32,000 nucleotides of DNA from an uncultured beta proteobacterium (GTDB lineage: Bacteria; Pseudomonadota; Gammaproteobacteria; Burkholderiales; SG8-41): NCBI GenBank assembly GCA_903913965.1, contig CAIWNB010000386.1, positions 2,160-34,159 of the forward strand, written 5' to 3'. The position numbers and the translations under genes are program-made. The notes beneath the pieces were generated by a model. That model did no database searches, was not told where the DNA came from, and saw nothing but the letters and a program-made list of their open reading frames with translations. The first letter of the stretch is position 1. Each line of letters begins with the position of its first letter. This document shows, piece by piece, positions 8,629 to 15,957 of the stretch.

Positions 8629-9510
8629 CTAAGCGACCGGATGATTGGCGAGTTTTTCCAGCGCCTTCACCATCGCTGAGTGATCAGACTTCGCGCCGCC
8701 ATCGGCGCTGCAGGCGTTGAACAACTCCTGCGCGTTGGCGGTGTTCGGTAGCGACACACCCAGCGCGCGCGCGCCGGCAAGTGCCAGGGCGAGATCCTTC
8801 TGATGTAATTCAATGCGGAAGCCCGGATCAAAGGTGCGTTTGATCATGCGTTCACCGTGCACTTCAAGGATGCGCGAGGCAGCAAAGCCGCCCATCAGCG
8901 CCTGCCGCACCTTGGCGGGATCGGCGCCGGCCTTGGAGGCAAACACCAGCGCCTCACTGACGGCTTCGATATTGAGCGCGACGATGATCTGGTTGCAGAC
9001 TTTGCAGGTCTGACCGTCGCCAATGCCGCCGACCAGTGTGATGTTTTTTCCCATCAATTCAAACAGCGGTTTGACGCGCTCAAAGGTCGCCGGCGTAGCG
9101 CCGACCATGATGGTAAGGGCCGCGCTTTTAGCGCCGACCTCGCCGCCGGACACCGGTGCATCGACATAGTCGCAGCCAAGATCGTTGATGCGTTTGGCAA
9201 AGGCCTTGGTTTCGATCGGCGAAATCGAGCTCATGTCGATGACCGTTTTGCCTTTGGTGAGGCCGGCGGCAACCCCATCCGCGCTGAATAATACTTTCTC
9301 GACGTCGGGCGTGTCGGGCACCATGATGATCACCACGTCGGATTTCTGCGCCACCTCTTTGGCGTTGGCGCAGGCGGTGCTGCCCGCCGCCGTCAGTTCC
9401 GCGGCAACCCCGCTGCGCGATTGCAGAAACAGCGTATGACCGCCCTTGATCAGGTTGAGGGCCATGGGCTTGCCCATGATGCCGAGACCGATGAATCCGA
9501 TATTTGCCAT
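8629..9510 (-). CDS. glxR: 2-hydroxy-3-oxopropionate (tartronate semialdehyde) reductase
   Basis: 293 aa with a Rossmann N-terminus MANIGFIGLGIMGKPMALNL, of the 3-hydroxyisobutyrate dehydrogenase family. It lies downstream of hyi. Confidence 0.85.
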   Translation of the reverse strand: MANIGFIGLGIMGKPMALNLIKGGHTLFLQSRSGVAAELTAAGSTACANAKEVAQKSDVVIIMVPDTPDVEKVLFSADGVAAGLTKGKTVIDMSSISPIETKAFAKRINDLGCDYVDAPVSGGEVGAKSAALTIMVGATPATFERVKPLFELMGKNITLVGGIGDGQTCKVCNQIIVALNIEAVSEALVFASKAGADPAKVRQALMGGFAASRILEVHGERMIKRTFDPGFRIELHQKDLALALAGARALGVSLPNTANAQELFNACSADGGAKSDHSAMVKALEKLANHPVA

Positions 9511-9578
9511 GTCACTGCTCCTGTAGGTGAGTTCGTAATGCGTTTGCCGCAGAGAACAAAAAGTGCGCGAAGAAGGCT

Positions 9579-9612
9579 AAAGCCGCGAAAGCAATGCGCT
9601 TACCGGCTTTTT
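9579..9612. other. Hairpin in the hyi-glxR spacer; terminator-like on the + strand only
   Basis: AAAGCCG (9579-9585) pairs with CGGCTTT (9604-9610), with an inner AAGC/GCTT pairing, then TT. The flanking genes are on the - strand, where only a 3-nt T-run follows the stem. Confidence 0.3.
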
Positions 9613-9646
9613 CCCTGCATCCTGCGATCTGCGTGACCGCTCTTTC

Positions 9647-10426
9647 TTATTTTAAGTATTTCTTCGTCCAGCCCAGACCGGCTTCCGTGGTTGTCGCCGG
9701 TTTGTATTCGCAGCCGATCCAGCCGCAGTAGCCGATGCTGTCCAGATGCGGCAACAGGAAATCAAAGTTGATTTCGCCAGTGCCCGGTTCGTGCCGCCCC
9801 GGCGTATCGGCCAGTTGCATATGCGGAATCAGCGGCAGATGTTTTTCGATCGTCGGCGCGAGATCGCCTTCCATGATCTGCATGTGATAAATATCGTACT
9901 GAAAATATAGATTGTCGGAACCGACCTCGTTGATGATGGCGATGGCCTGCGCTGTGTTGGTGAGGAAGAATCCCGGAATGTCGCGTGTGTTGATCGCTTC
10001 GATCAGCAGTTTGATGCCGGCAGCCTTGAGGCGCGGCGCGGCGTATTGCAGGTTGCTGATGAAGGTGGCGCGCGCCGCCACAGGGTCGCGCGTGCCGGTG
10101 CAAAGACCGGCGAGGCAGTTGAGCTGTGTGCAGCCCAGCGCAGTGGCGTAATCGATGGCGCGCTCGACGCCGGCCTTGAATTCTTCGACGCGTTCGCTGT
10201 GGCAGCCGATACCCCGTTCGCCGCCAGCCCAGTCGCCCGCCGGCATATTGTGCAGCGCCAACGTCAGCTTGTTCTCATTTAACTTCTCGCGCAGCAGGTT
10301 CTTGTCATATTCATAGGGGAATAAAAACTCCACGCCCTTGAAGCCCGCGCGCGCGGCGGCGGCAAAGCGCTCGGTGAAAGCGACTTCGTTGAACATCAGC
10401 GTGAGATTGGCGGCAAGTTTGGGCAT
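9647..10426 (-). CDS. hyi: Hydroxypyruvate isomerase
   Basis: TIM-barrel xylose-isomerase-like protein. MPKLAANLTLMFNEV is the typical Hyi N-terminus. I prefer the ATG at 10426 (259 aa, the size I recall for Hyi) over the track start at 10471. Confidence 0.85.
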   Translation of the reverse strand: MPKLAANLTLMFNEVAFTERFAAAARAGFKGVEFLFPYEYDKNLLREKLNENKLTLALHNMPAGDWAGGERGIGCHSERVEEFKAGVERAIDYATALGCTQLNCLAGLCTGTRDPVAARATFISNLQYAAPRLKAAGIKLLIEAINTRDIPGFFLTNTAQAIAIINEVGSDNLYFQYDIYHMQIMEGDLAPTIEKHLPLIPHMQLADTPGRHEPGTGEINFDFLLPHLDSIGYCGWIGCEYKPATTTEAGLGWTKKYLK

Positions 10427-10497
10427 GGTGGTTTGAACCCGGAGAAATTGAAGAGTTGGAACTGCAGTCATCAGTGAGGCCTGCGGCGGCCATTATA

Positions 10498-11091
10498 ATG
10501 GCGTATGCGGAGAACATTTTGAAATTGAGCGGCATCTTGCTGGCGGCCGGTGCCGGCAGTCGTTTTGGCGGCGGTAAATTGCGCCACCCTCTGGCCGACG
10601 GCACGCCCTTGGGCGTGATGGCCGCACGCCATCTCTTGACGGCGTTGCCGGACGTGCTGGCCGTGGTGCGTCCGGGCGACGAAGCGCTCGAAGCGCTGTT
10701 GCGTGCGGCCGGTTGCGAGGTGACGGTGTGTGCCGAGGCGGTGCGCGGCATGGGCTGCAGTCTGGCTCACGCCATTGCGCGTCGCCGCGAGGCGGACGGC
10801 TGGGTCATCGCGCTCGCCGATATGCCGTCGATACATCCGGCGACAATCACGGCGGTGGCGCAGGCGCTGGCGGCGGGCGCACCGCTGGCCGCCCCCACGT
10901 TCGAGGGTCGGCGCGGCCATCCGGTCGGCATCAGCGCGCGTTTTGTCAGCGAGTTGCTGGCCCTCGACGGGGATGCCGGCGCACGCGAACTGATGATGAC
11001 GCACAAACAGGAAATTGTTTTGCTCGATGGCGATGACGCCGGTGTGCTGCTCGATATCGACCGTCGCGAAGACCTGCCGCGCGGCCCCTGA
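10498..11091 (+). CDS. MobA/MocA-like nucleotidyltransferase (putative molybdenum cofactor cytidylyltransferase)
   Basis: GILLAAGAGSRFGGGKL NTP-transferase motif and the later ALADMP motif. Preferred start is the ATG at 10498 (197 aa); the track start 10456 adds an atypical leader. Confidence 0.7.
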   Translation: MAYAENILKLSGILLAAGAGSRFGGGKLRHPLADGTPLGVMAARHLLTALPDVLAVVRPGDEALEALLRAAGCEVTVCAEAVRGMGCSLAHAIARRREADGWVIALADMPSIHPATITAVAQALAAGAPLAAPTFEGRRGHPVGISARFVSELLALDGDAGARELMMTHKQEIVLLDGDDAGVLLDIDRREDLPRGP

Positions 11092-11105
11092 GCGCCGCCG
11101 CCCCG

Positions 11106-11111
11106 TATAAT
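11106..11111 (+). promoter_or_regulatory. Candidate -10 box (perfect TATAAT) upstream of the MoxR cassette
   Basis: TATAAT at 11106-11111, 50 nt upstream of the ATG at 11161. There is no convincing -35 (GGCCCC at the expected spacing), so this is weak. Confidence 0.2.
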
Positions 11112-11160
11112 CCAGCCCTCGTTGACCGGGGCTGTGCCCCAATCACTCAGGATGCGCGCG

Positions 11161-12009
11161 ATGGTTCGATTCGAAGGCACTGATTCCTATGTCGCGACCG
11201 ACGACTTGATGATGGCGGTGAATGCCGCCATCACGCTCGAGCGGCCGCTGTTGATCAAGGGTGAGCCGGGTACCGGCAAGACGATGCTGGCGCTCGAAGT
11301 GGCCAAAGCGTTGCAGCGTCCGCTTTTCGAGTGGCATGTCAAATCGACCACCAAGGCGCAGCACGGCCTGTATGAATACGACGCGGTGTCGCGTCTGCGC
11401 GATTCGCAGCTCGGCGACCCCAAGGTCAAGGACATCGGCAACTACATCGTGCGCGGCATGTTGTGGAACGCGTTCGAATCGGCCGAGCAATCGGTGCTGC
11501 TGATCGACGAAGTCGACAAGGCCGACATCGAGTTTCCCAACGATTTGTTGCGAGAACTCGATCGCATGGAGTTTTATGTCTACGAAACGCAGCAGTTGGT
11601 GAAAGCGAAGAACCGGCCGCTCGTCATTATTACCAGCAACAATGAAAAAGAACTGCCAGACGCCTTTCTGCGCCGCTGTTTCTTCCATTACATCCGCTTT
11701 CCTGAAAAGGAGACGATGGAGAAAATCGTGCAGGTGCATTTTCCGCAACTGAAAAAAAATCTCCTGCGCGAAGCGCTCGAAGCGTTTTTCGATATTCGCG
11801 AAGTGCCCGGCCTGAAGAAGAAGCCCTCGACCTCGGAACTGCTCGACTGGTTGAAACTGTTGATGGCCGAGGATATTTCGCCCGAGGCGCTGGCCAATCA
11901 GGACAGTCACAAGATTATTCCGCCACTGCACGGCGCGTTGCTGAAGAACGAACAGGACGTGCATTTGTTTGAGCGCCTGGCGTTTATGTCGCGGCGCAAG
12001 CCCGGCTGA
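11161..12009 (+). CDS. MoxR-family AAA+ ATPase (CoxD-like)
   Basis: Walker A GEPGTGKT and Walker B LLIDEVDKA. The N-terminus MVRFEGTDSYVATDDLMMAVNAAI is typical of this subfamily. Preferred ATG is at 11161, with AGGA 8 nt upstream; the track start is TTG at 11122. Confidence 0.85.
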   Translation: MVRFEGTDSYVATDDLMMAVNAAITLERPLLIKGEPGTGKTMLALEVAKALQRPLFEWHVKSTTKAQHGLYEYDAVSRLRDSQLGDPKVKDIGNYIVRGMLWNAFESAEQSVLLIDEVDKADIEFPNDLLRELDRMEFYVYETQQLVKAKNRPLVIITSNNEKELPDAFLRRCFFHYIRFPEKETMEKIVQVHFPQLKKNLLREALEAFFDIREVPGLKKKPSTSELLDWLKLLMAEDISPEALANQDSHKIIPPLHGALLKNEQDVHLFERLAFMSRRKPG

Positions 12010-12015
12010 TTGCAG

Positions 12016-12588
12016 ATGGCGGATGCGGCGACAGGTTTTGCGCCGGTGATCGACGCCGGCGTCGACACCTTGATCCTTGGCAGCTTTCCGGGCGTGGCGT
12101 CACTCGGCAAGGCGCAGTATTACGCGCATCCGCAAAACCAGTTCTGGCGTCTGGTCGGCGCGGTGATCGACGAGCCGCTGGCCGCAATGGAGTATGCAGC
12201 CCGCACAGGTACTCTGCTGGCGCATCGTATTGGTCTGTGGGATGTGATTGAGCGTTGCGTGCGCAAAGGTAGTCTGGATGCCGATATTCGTGAAGTGCGT
12301 CCCAACGAATTTGCACGTGTGCTCGCAATGGCGCCTGATCTGCGCAGAATTTTCTTTAACGGCAAGACCGCCGGCAAGTTCGAACGTGAGTTTGCCACCG
12401 CTGGTTTTGACACCGCAGTGCTACCGTCGTCGAGCGCGGCGTATACGCTAGGCTTTGAAGCGAAGCTCGTGCAATGGCGGAGGCTGGCCTCATCGCGCAC
12501 GCTGGATGCCGGCGCCTATGCGCAGCGCAAAGTCCGGCCGGTGGCGGTTACACGCGTCACTCCTCACGCCTCACGCGCCAAATGCTGA
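12016..12588 (+). CDS. UDG-superfamily family 6 enzyme (hypoxanthine-DNA glycosylase / DNA-deoxyinosine glycosylase)
   Basis: Signature LILGSFPGVASLGKAQYYAHPQNQFWRLV. The ATG at 12016 is 7 nt after the MoxR stop, and TTG at 12010 is also possible. The stop overlaps the VWA ATG. About 25 aa of basic C-terminal tail lies beyond the expected domain. Confidence 0.7.
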   Translation: MADAATGFAPVIDAGVDTLILGSFPGVASLGKAQYYAHPQNQFWRLVGAVIDEPLAAMEYAARTGTLLAHRIGLWDVIERCVRKGSLDADIREVRPNEFARVLAMAPDLRRIFFNGKTAGKFEREFATAGFDTAVLPSSSAAYTLGFEAKLVQWRRLASSRTLDAGAYAQRKVRPVAVTRVTPHASRAKC

Positions 12589-13766
12589 TCGAATTTTTTC
12601 TCAAGCTCAAACAGGGCGGCCTGCCGGTGTCCGTGCGCGAGTTTCTGACGCTGCTCGAAGCGCTGGAAAAACATGTCATCCACGGCAGTCTCGATGATTT
12701 TTATTATCTGTCGCGTGCCTGCATGGTCAAGGATGAATCGAATTACGACAAGTTCGACCGTGTTTTCGGTGCGTACTTCAAAGGCATCACCGCTGGCCCC
12801 GGTGGTGCGGAGGCGATGATCCCCGAAGAGTGGCTGAAGAAGCTGGCGGAGAAGAATCTCAGCGAAGAAGAAAAGAAGCTGATCGAATCACTCGGCGGCT
12901 GGGACAAGCTGATGGAAACACTGAAGCAGCGTCTGGAAGAACAGCAGGAACGGCATCAGGGCGGCTCGAAGTGGATTGGCACCGCCGGCACCAGCCCGTT
13001 CGGCGCCTATGGCTACAACCCCGAGGGCATCCGCATCGGTCAGCATGAATCGCGTCATCGTCGTGCGGTGAAGGTGTGGGATCAGCGCGAATTCAAGAAC
13101 CTTGACGATACGGTCGAACTCGGTACGCGCAATATGAAAGTGGCGCTCAAGCGGCTGCGCAAATTTGCCCGCCAGGGTAATCCGCAGGAACTCGACCTCG
13201 ACGACACCATACGCTCGACGGCGCGCAACGCCGGCTGGCTGGATATCAAGATGATTCCCGAGCGGCATAACAGTGTGAAGGTACTGCTGTTTTTTGATGT
13301 CGGCGGTTCGATGGATGACCATGTGCAAATCTGCGAACAACTGTTCTCGGCGGCGCGCACCGAGTTCAAGCATCTCGAATATTTTTATTTTCACAACTTT
13401 CTGTATGAGCGTGTGTGGAAGGACAACCGGCGCCGCACCACCGAGCGCATGGCGACCTGGGATGTGCTGCACAAGTATCCGCACGACTACAAGGTGATTT
13501 TCATTGGGGACGCCACCATGAGCCCTTACGAGATCGCCTATCCGGGGGGCAGCGTCGAACATTCCAACCCCGAGGCCGGTGCGGTGTGGATACGGCGGGT
13601 GTTTGAGATTTACAAGGATGCGGTGTGGATCAACCCGCAGCCGCAATCCATGTGGGATTACCATGAATCGATACGCATGACACGCGACCTGATTGGCGAC
13701 CGTATGTATCCGCTGACCCTCGACGGGCTGGACCACGCGATGCGCCAGCTCAGCAAGGGGCACTGA
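12582..13766 (+). CDS. VWA domain protein, CoxE-like (MoxR partner)
   Basis: N-terminus MLIEFFLKLKQGGLPVSVREFLTLLEAL is typical of CoxE-family VWA proteins. The VWA core has LLFFDVGGSMDD. Preferred ATG is at 12582 (394 aa); the track start 12474 would overlap the glycosylase by 115 nt. Confidence 0.8.
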   Translation: MLIEFFLKLKQGGLPVSVREFLTLLEALEKHVIHGSLDDFYYLSRACMVKDESNYDKFDRVFGAYFKGITAGPGGAEAMIPEEWLKKLAEKNLSEEEKKLIESLGGWDKLMETLKQRLEEQQERHQGGSKWIGTAGTSPFGAYGYNPEGIRIGQHESRHRRAVKVWDQREFKNLDDTVELGTRNMKVALKRLRKFARQGNPQELDLDDTIRSTARNAGWLDIKMIPERHNSVKVLLFFDVGGSMDDHVQICEQLFSAARTEFKHLEYFYFHNFLYERVWKDNRRRTTERMATWDVLHKYPHDYKVIFIGDATMSPYEIAYPGGSVEHSNPEAGAVWIRRVFEIYKDAVWINPQPQSMWDYHESIRMTRDLIGDRMYPLTLDGLDHAMRQLSKGH

Positions 13767-14320
13767 TGGCATTGAGAGCAACCGTTTGCAAGGTCGATCT
13801 GCAGATCGCCGACATGGAGCGCAATTATTTTCACGAACATGCGCTGACCATCGCCCGTCATCCGTCTGAAACCGATGAGCGCATGATGGTGCGCGTGCTG
13901 GCGTTTTCGATACATGCCGATGAGCAGCTGGTGTTTGGCAAGGGACTCAGCGATGAGGACGAGCCCGATCTCTGGCGCAAAGATCTGACCGGCTCGATCA
14001 AACTTTGGATCGATGTCGGTCAGCCCGATGAAAAACGCATGCGCCGCGCCTGCGGCCGCGCCGATCAGGTCTACGTCTATGCGTATGGCGGGCAGGGCAC
14101 CGATCTGTGGTGGAGAAAAGTTGCGCCTGATGTTGCGCGTTGCGCCAATCTCACCGTGGTGCAACTGCCGCTCGTCGCGTGCCGTGAAATGGCGCAGCAG
14201 GCCGAGCGCAATATGCAACTTAACTGCACCATCCAGGAAGGACAGCTCTGGCTTGCCAACGCGCAAAGCAGTGTGCTGGTAGAGCCGGTGATTTTGAAGG
14301 CGGCCGAGGCGGGCCGCTGA
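13766..14320 (+). CDS. yaeQ: YaeQ family protein (PD-(D/E)XK-like fold, function unknown)
   Basis: 184 aa. MALRATVCKVDLQIADMERNYFHEHALTIARHPSETDERMMVRVLAF matches my recollection of YaeQ. The ATG shares its A with the VWA stop (TGATG). Confidence 0.85.
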   Translation: MALRATVCKVDLQIADMERNYFHEHALTIARHPSETDERMMVRVLAFSIHADEQLVFGKGLSDEDEPDLWRKDLTGSIKLWIDVGQPDEKRMRRACGRADQVYVYAYGGQGTDLWWRKVAPDVARCANLTVVQLPLVACREMAQQAERNMQLNCTIQEGQLWLANAQSSVLVEPVILKAAEAGR

Positions 14321-14329
14321 GCGTCCGTT

Positions 14330-15178
14330 CTAGCAGGCAATCAAAAACAGACCGCTGCAAATGATCGCGGTAGCCACTGTTCTGGCGCGCCACGCCTCAC
14401 TTTCCTTGAACACCAGGATCGAGATGAGGCTTGCCAGCATGATCCCGGCGTTGGAAAAGGCGACGACCACGGCGGCCGGCATGGTGCGCATGGCCTGGAT
14501 CACCAATGCATATGCCAGGCCGATGCAAAGGCCGCCGACAAGCGCTACCGGAAGGCTGATACGGGCTCTTGGATACCAGGCGCCCGTGGTTTTTCGGAGG
14601 TCGACGGTCAATGCCAGCCAGGAGGCGAAATAACCAATCGAAATAAAACCGAGGATGCCGGCAAAGCCCGGAATATGCGCGGTGGCAGCGCGATCGGTCA
14701 GCGAGTAAATGCTGGTGGCGAGCATCGCCAGCATGGTCCAGGGTAAGGCGCGAAGGTCGCGCCGATTACCACCGGTGCTTGCCATTATCACGAGCCCGGC
14801 GACACTCAAAAGTATCCCGGCCCAGGCGACAGTGCCGAGGGTTTCGTCGAGGAAAATCAGCCCCCATAGGCCGATCAATAGCGGGGAGCTGCGGGCCAGC
14901 GGGTAGACGAAAGCAACCGGCGCGTGCAGATAGGCATGGCGCAGGCTGAGGAAGTAAACGACGTTGGCCGAGGCGGAGATGAGCACCCATTTGACGAGGT
15001 CTGGCGTCCATTGCACTTCGGTGATGAGCGCGCGCACACCCCAGGGCCCCAGAAGAAGCAGATGCGCCAGCAGCACCCACCAGAGCGGATAAGCCTCGCG
15101 TGCCTGGTGACGTGCGATCAAATTCCAGGTTACATGCATCATGACCGATGCAGCGATAGCCCATGCGGCAGCGTTCAT
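14330..15178 (-). CDS. EamA/DMT-superfamily transporter, last gene of the phn operon
   Basis: About 282 aa, hydrophobic throughout, with a multi-TM pattern in two EamA-like halves. The ATG at 15178 overlaps the phnP stop (ATGA). The 45-aa track extension to 15313 is arginine-rich and lies inside phnP. Confidence 0.75.
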   Translation of the reverse strand: MNAAAWAIAASVMMHVTWNLIARHQAREAYPLWWVLLAHLLLLGPWGVRALITEVQWTPDLVKWVLISASANVVYFLSLRHAYLHAPVAFVYPLARSSPLLIGLWGLIFLDETLGTVAWAGILLSVAGLVIMASTGGNRRDLRALPWTMLAMLATSIYSLTDRAATAHIPGFAGILGFISIGYFASWLALTVDLRKTTGAWYPRARISLPVALVGGLCIGLAYALVIQAMRTMPAAVVVAFSNAGIMLASLISILVFKESEAWRARTVATAIICSGLFLIAC

Positions 15179-15957
15179 TCTGAATGACGGCCTTGATATG
15201 CCCGGGCGGTGAATTCGATCTGTTCGCCGTCGCCCGCGATGGTTAAACCGGCAGGAATTGTTTGCGTATCGAGCAGCCAGGCATCGAGTTTGTGGCTGAT
15301 GTGCGTAAACCACGTCCGCGCCGGCTTGACTTGAGCAATTACGGCCAGTGCGGCGGACCAGTCGTTGTGCCCTTTGGGCTCAGCGTGCGGTGGATAACTG
15401 CAGTCGAGCGCCAGCCCATCCGCCTGCCAATCCGCCAGAAACTTTGCGCTCGCTGCGGGCAGTCCCAGGGTGTCGGTTAAATAGGCAAAGCGGCACCCGT
15501 CCGCTGATTCGATGGCATAACCGAGGGTTGGTTTTGAGTGATTCAGCGGCAGTGGGGTTAGCTTGAGGTCACCGGCCATGAATGGCACCAATGCCGTCAG
15601 CGCGCGGAAATCGAGCAGCCCGGGATGTTTGTAGAGGTCGGCACAACCTTCCGGATCGGCAGGACAGCAGACGGGTATGCGATCGCCGATACCCCAGCGC
15701 AAATGTAGCAATCCCTGTACGTGGTCCGGATGAAAGTGCGTCAGCACGATGGCGTCGAGGTCGCCGGGCGCAAAACGTTCATGTAAGTCGGTGAGTCCGG
15801 CATCGAGCAGGATGCGGCTGTCAGCCGTTTCAACCAGGGCTGAACACGGTAGTCGCACGCGTGCTTTGTGCAGCCGTGCGCGCACGCAGGCCCGACAGCT
15901 GCAGCCAAAGAGCGGTACTCCGCCCGCGGCACCCGTGCCCAGAAATGTTACGCGCAC
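15175..15957 (-). CDS. phnP: Phosphoribosyl 1,2-cyclic phosphate phosphodiesterase PhnP
   Basis: Metallo-beta-lactamase motif THFHPDH. The N-terminus MRVTFLGTGAAGGVPLFGCSCRAC is PhnP-type. GTG start. Confidence 0.85.
   Translation of the reverse strand: MRVTFLGTGAAGGVPLFGCSCRACVRARLHKARVRLPCSALVETADSRILLDAGLTDLHERFAPGDLDAIVLTHFHPDHVQGLLHLRWGIGDRIPVCCPADPEGCADLYKHPGLLDFRALTALVPFMAGDLKLTPLPLNHSKPTLGYAIESADGCRFAYLTDTLGLPAASAKFLADWQADGLALDCSYPPHAEPKGHNDWSAALAVIAQVKPARTWFTHISHKLDAWLLDTQTIPAGLTIAGDGEQIEFTARAYQGRHSE

Noticed and set aside
11143-11964. Long ORFs antisense to, or out of frame with, confidently called genes. Examples: 11143..11964 (-), 12888..13781 (-), 10471..11142 (-), 20254..20964 (+), 27430..28224 (+), 28612..29622 (-), 30400..31092 (-), 7474..8070 (-).
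   Set aside because: These are typical shadow ORFs of high-GC DNA. Their translations are Arg/Ala/Gly/His-rich with no recognisable motifs. Each lies entirely opposite a gene with clear family signatures.
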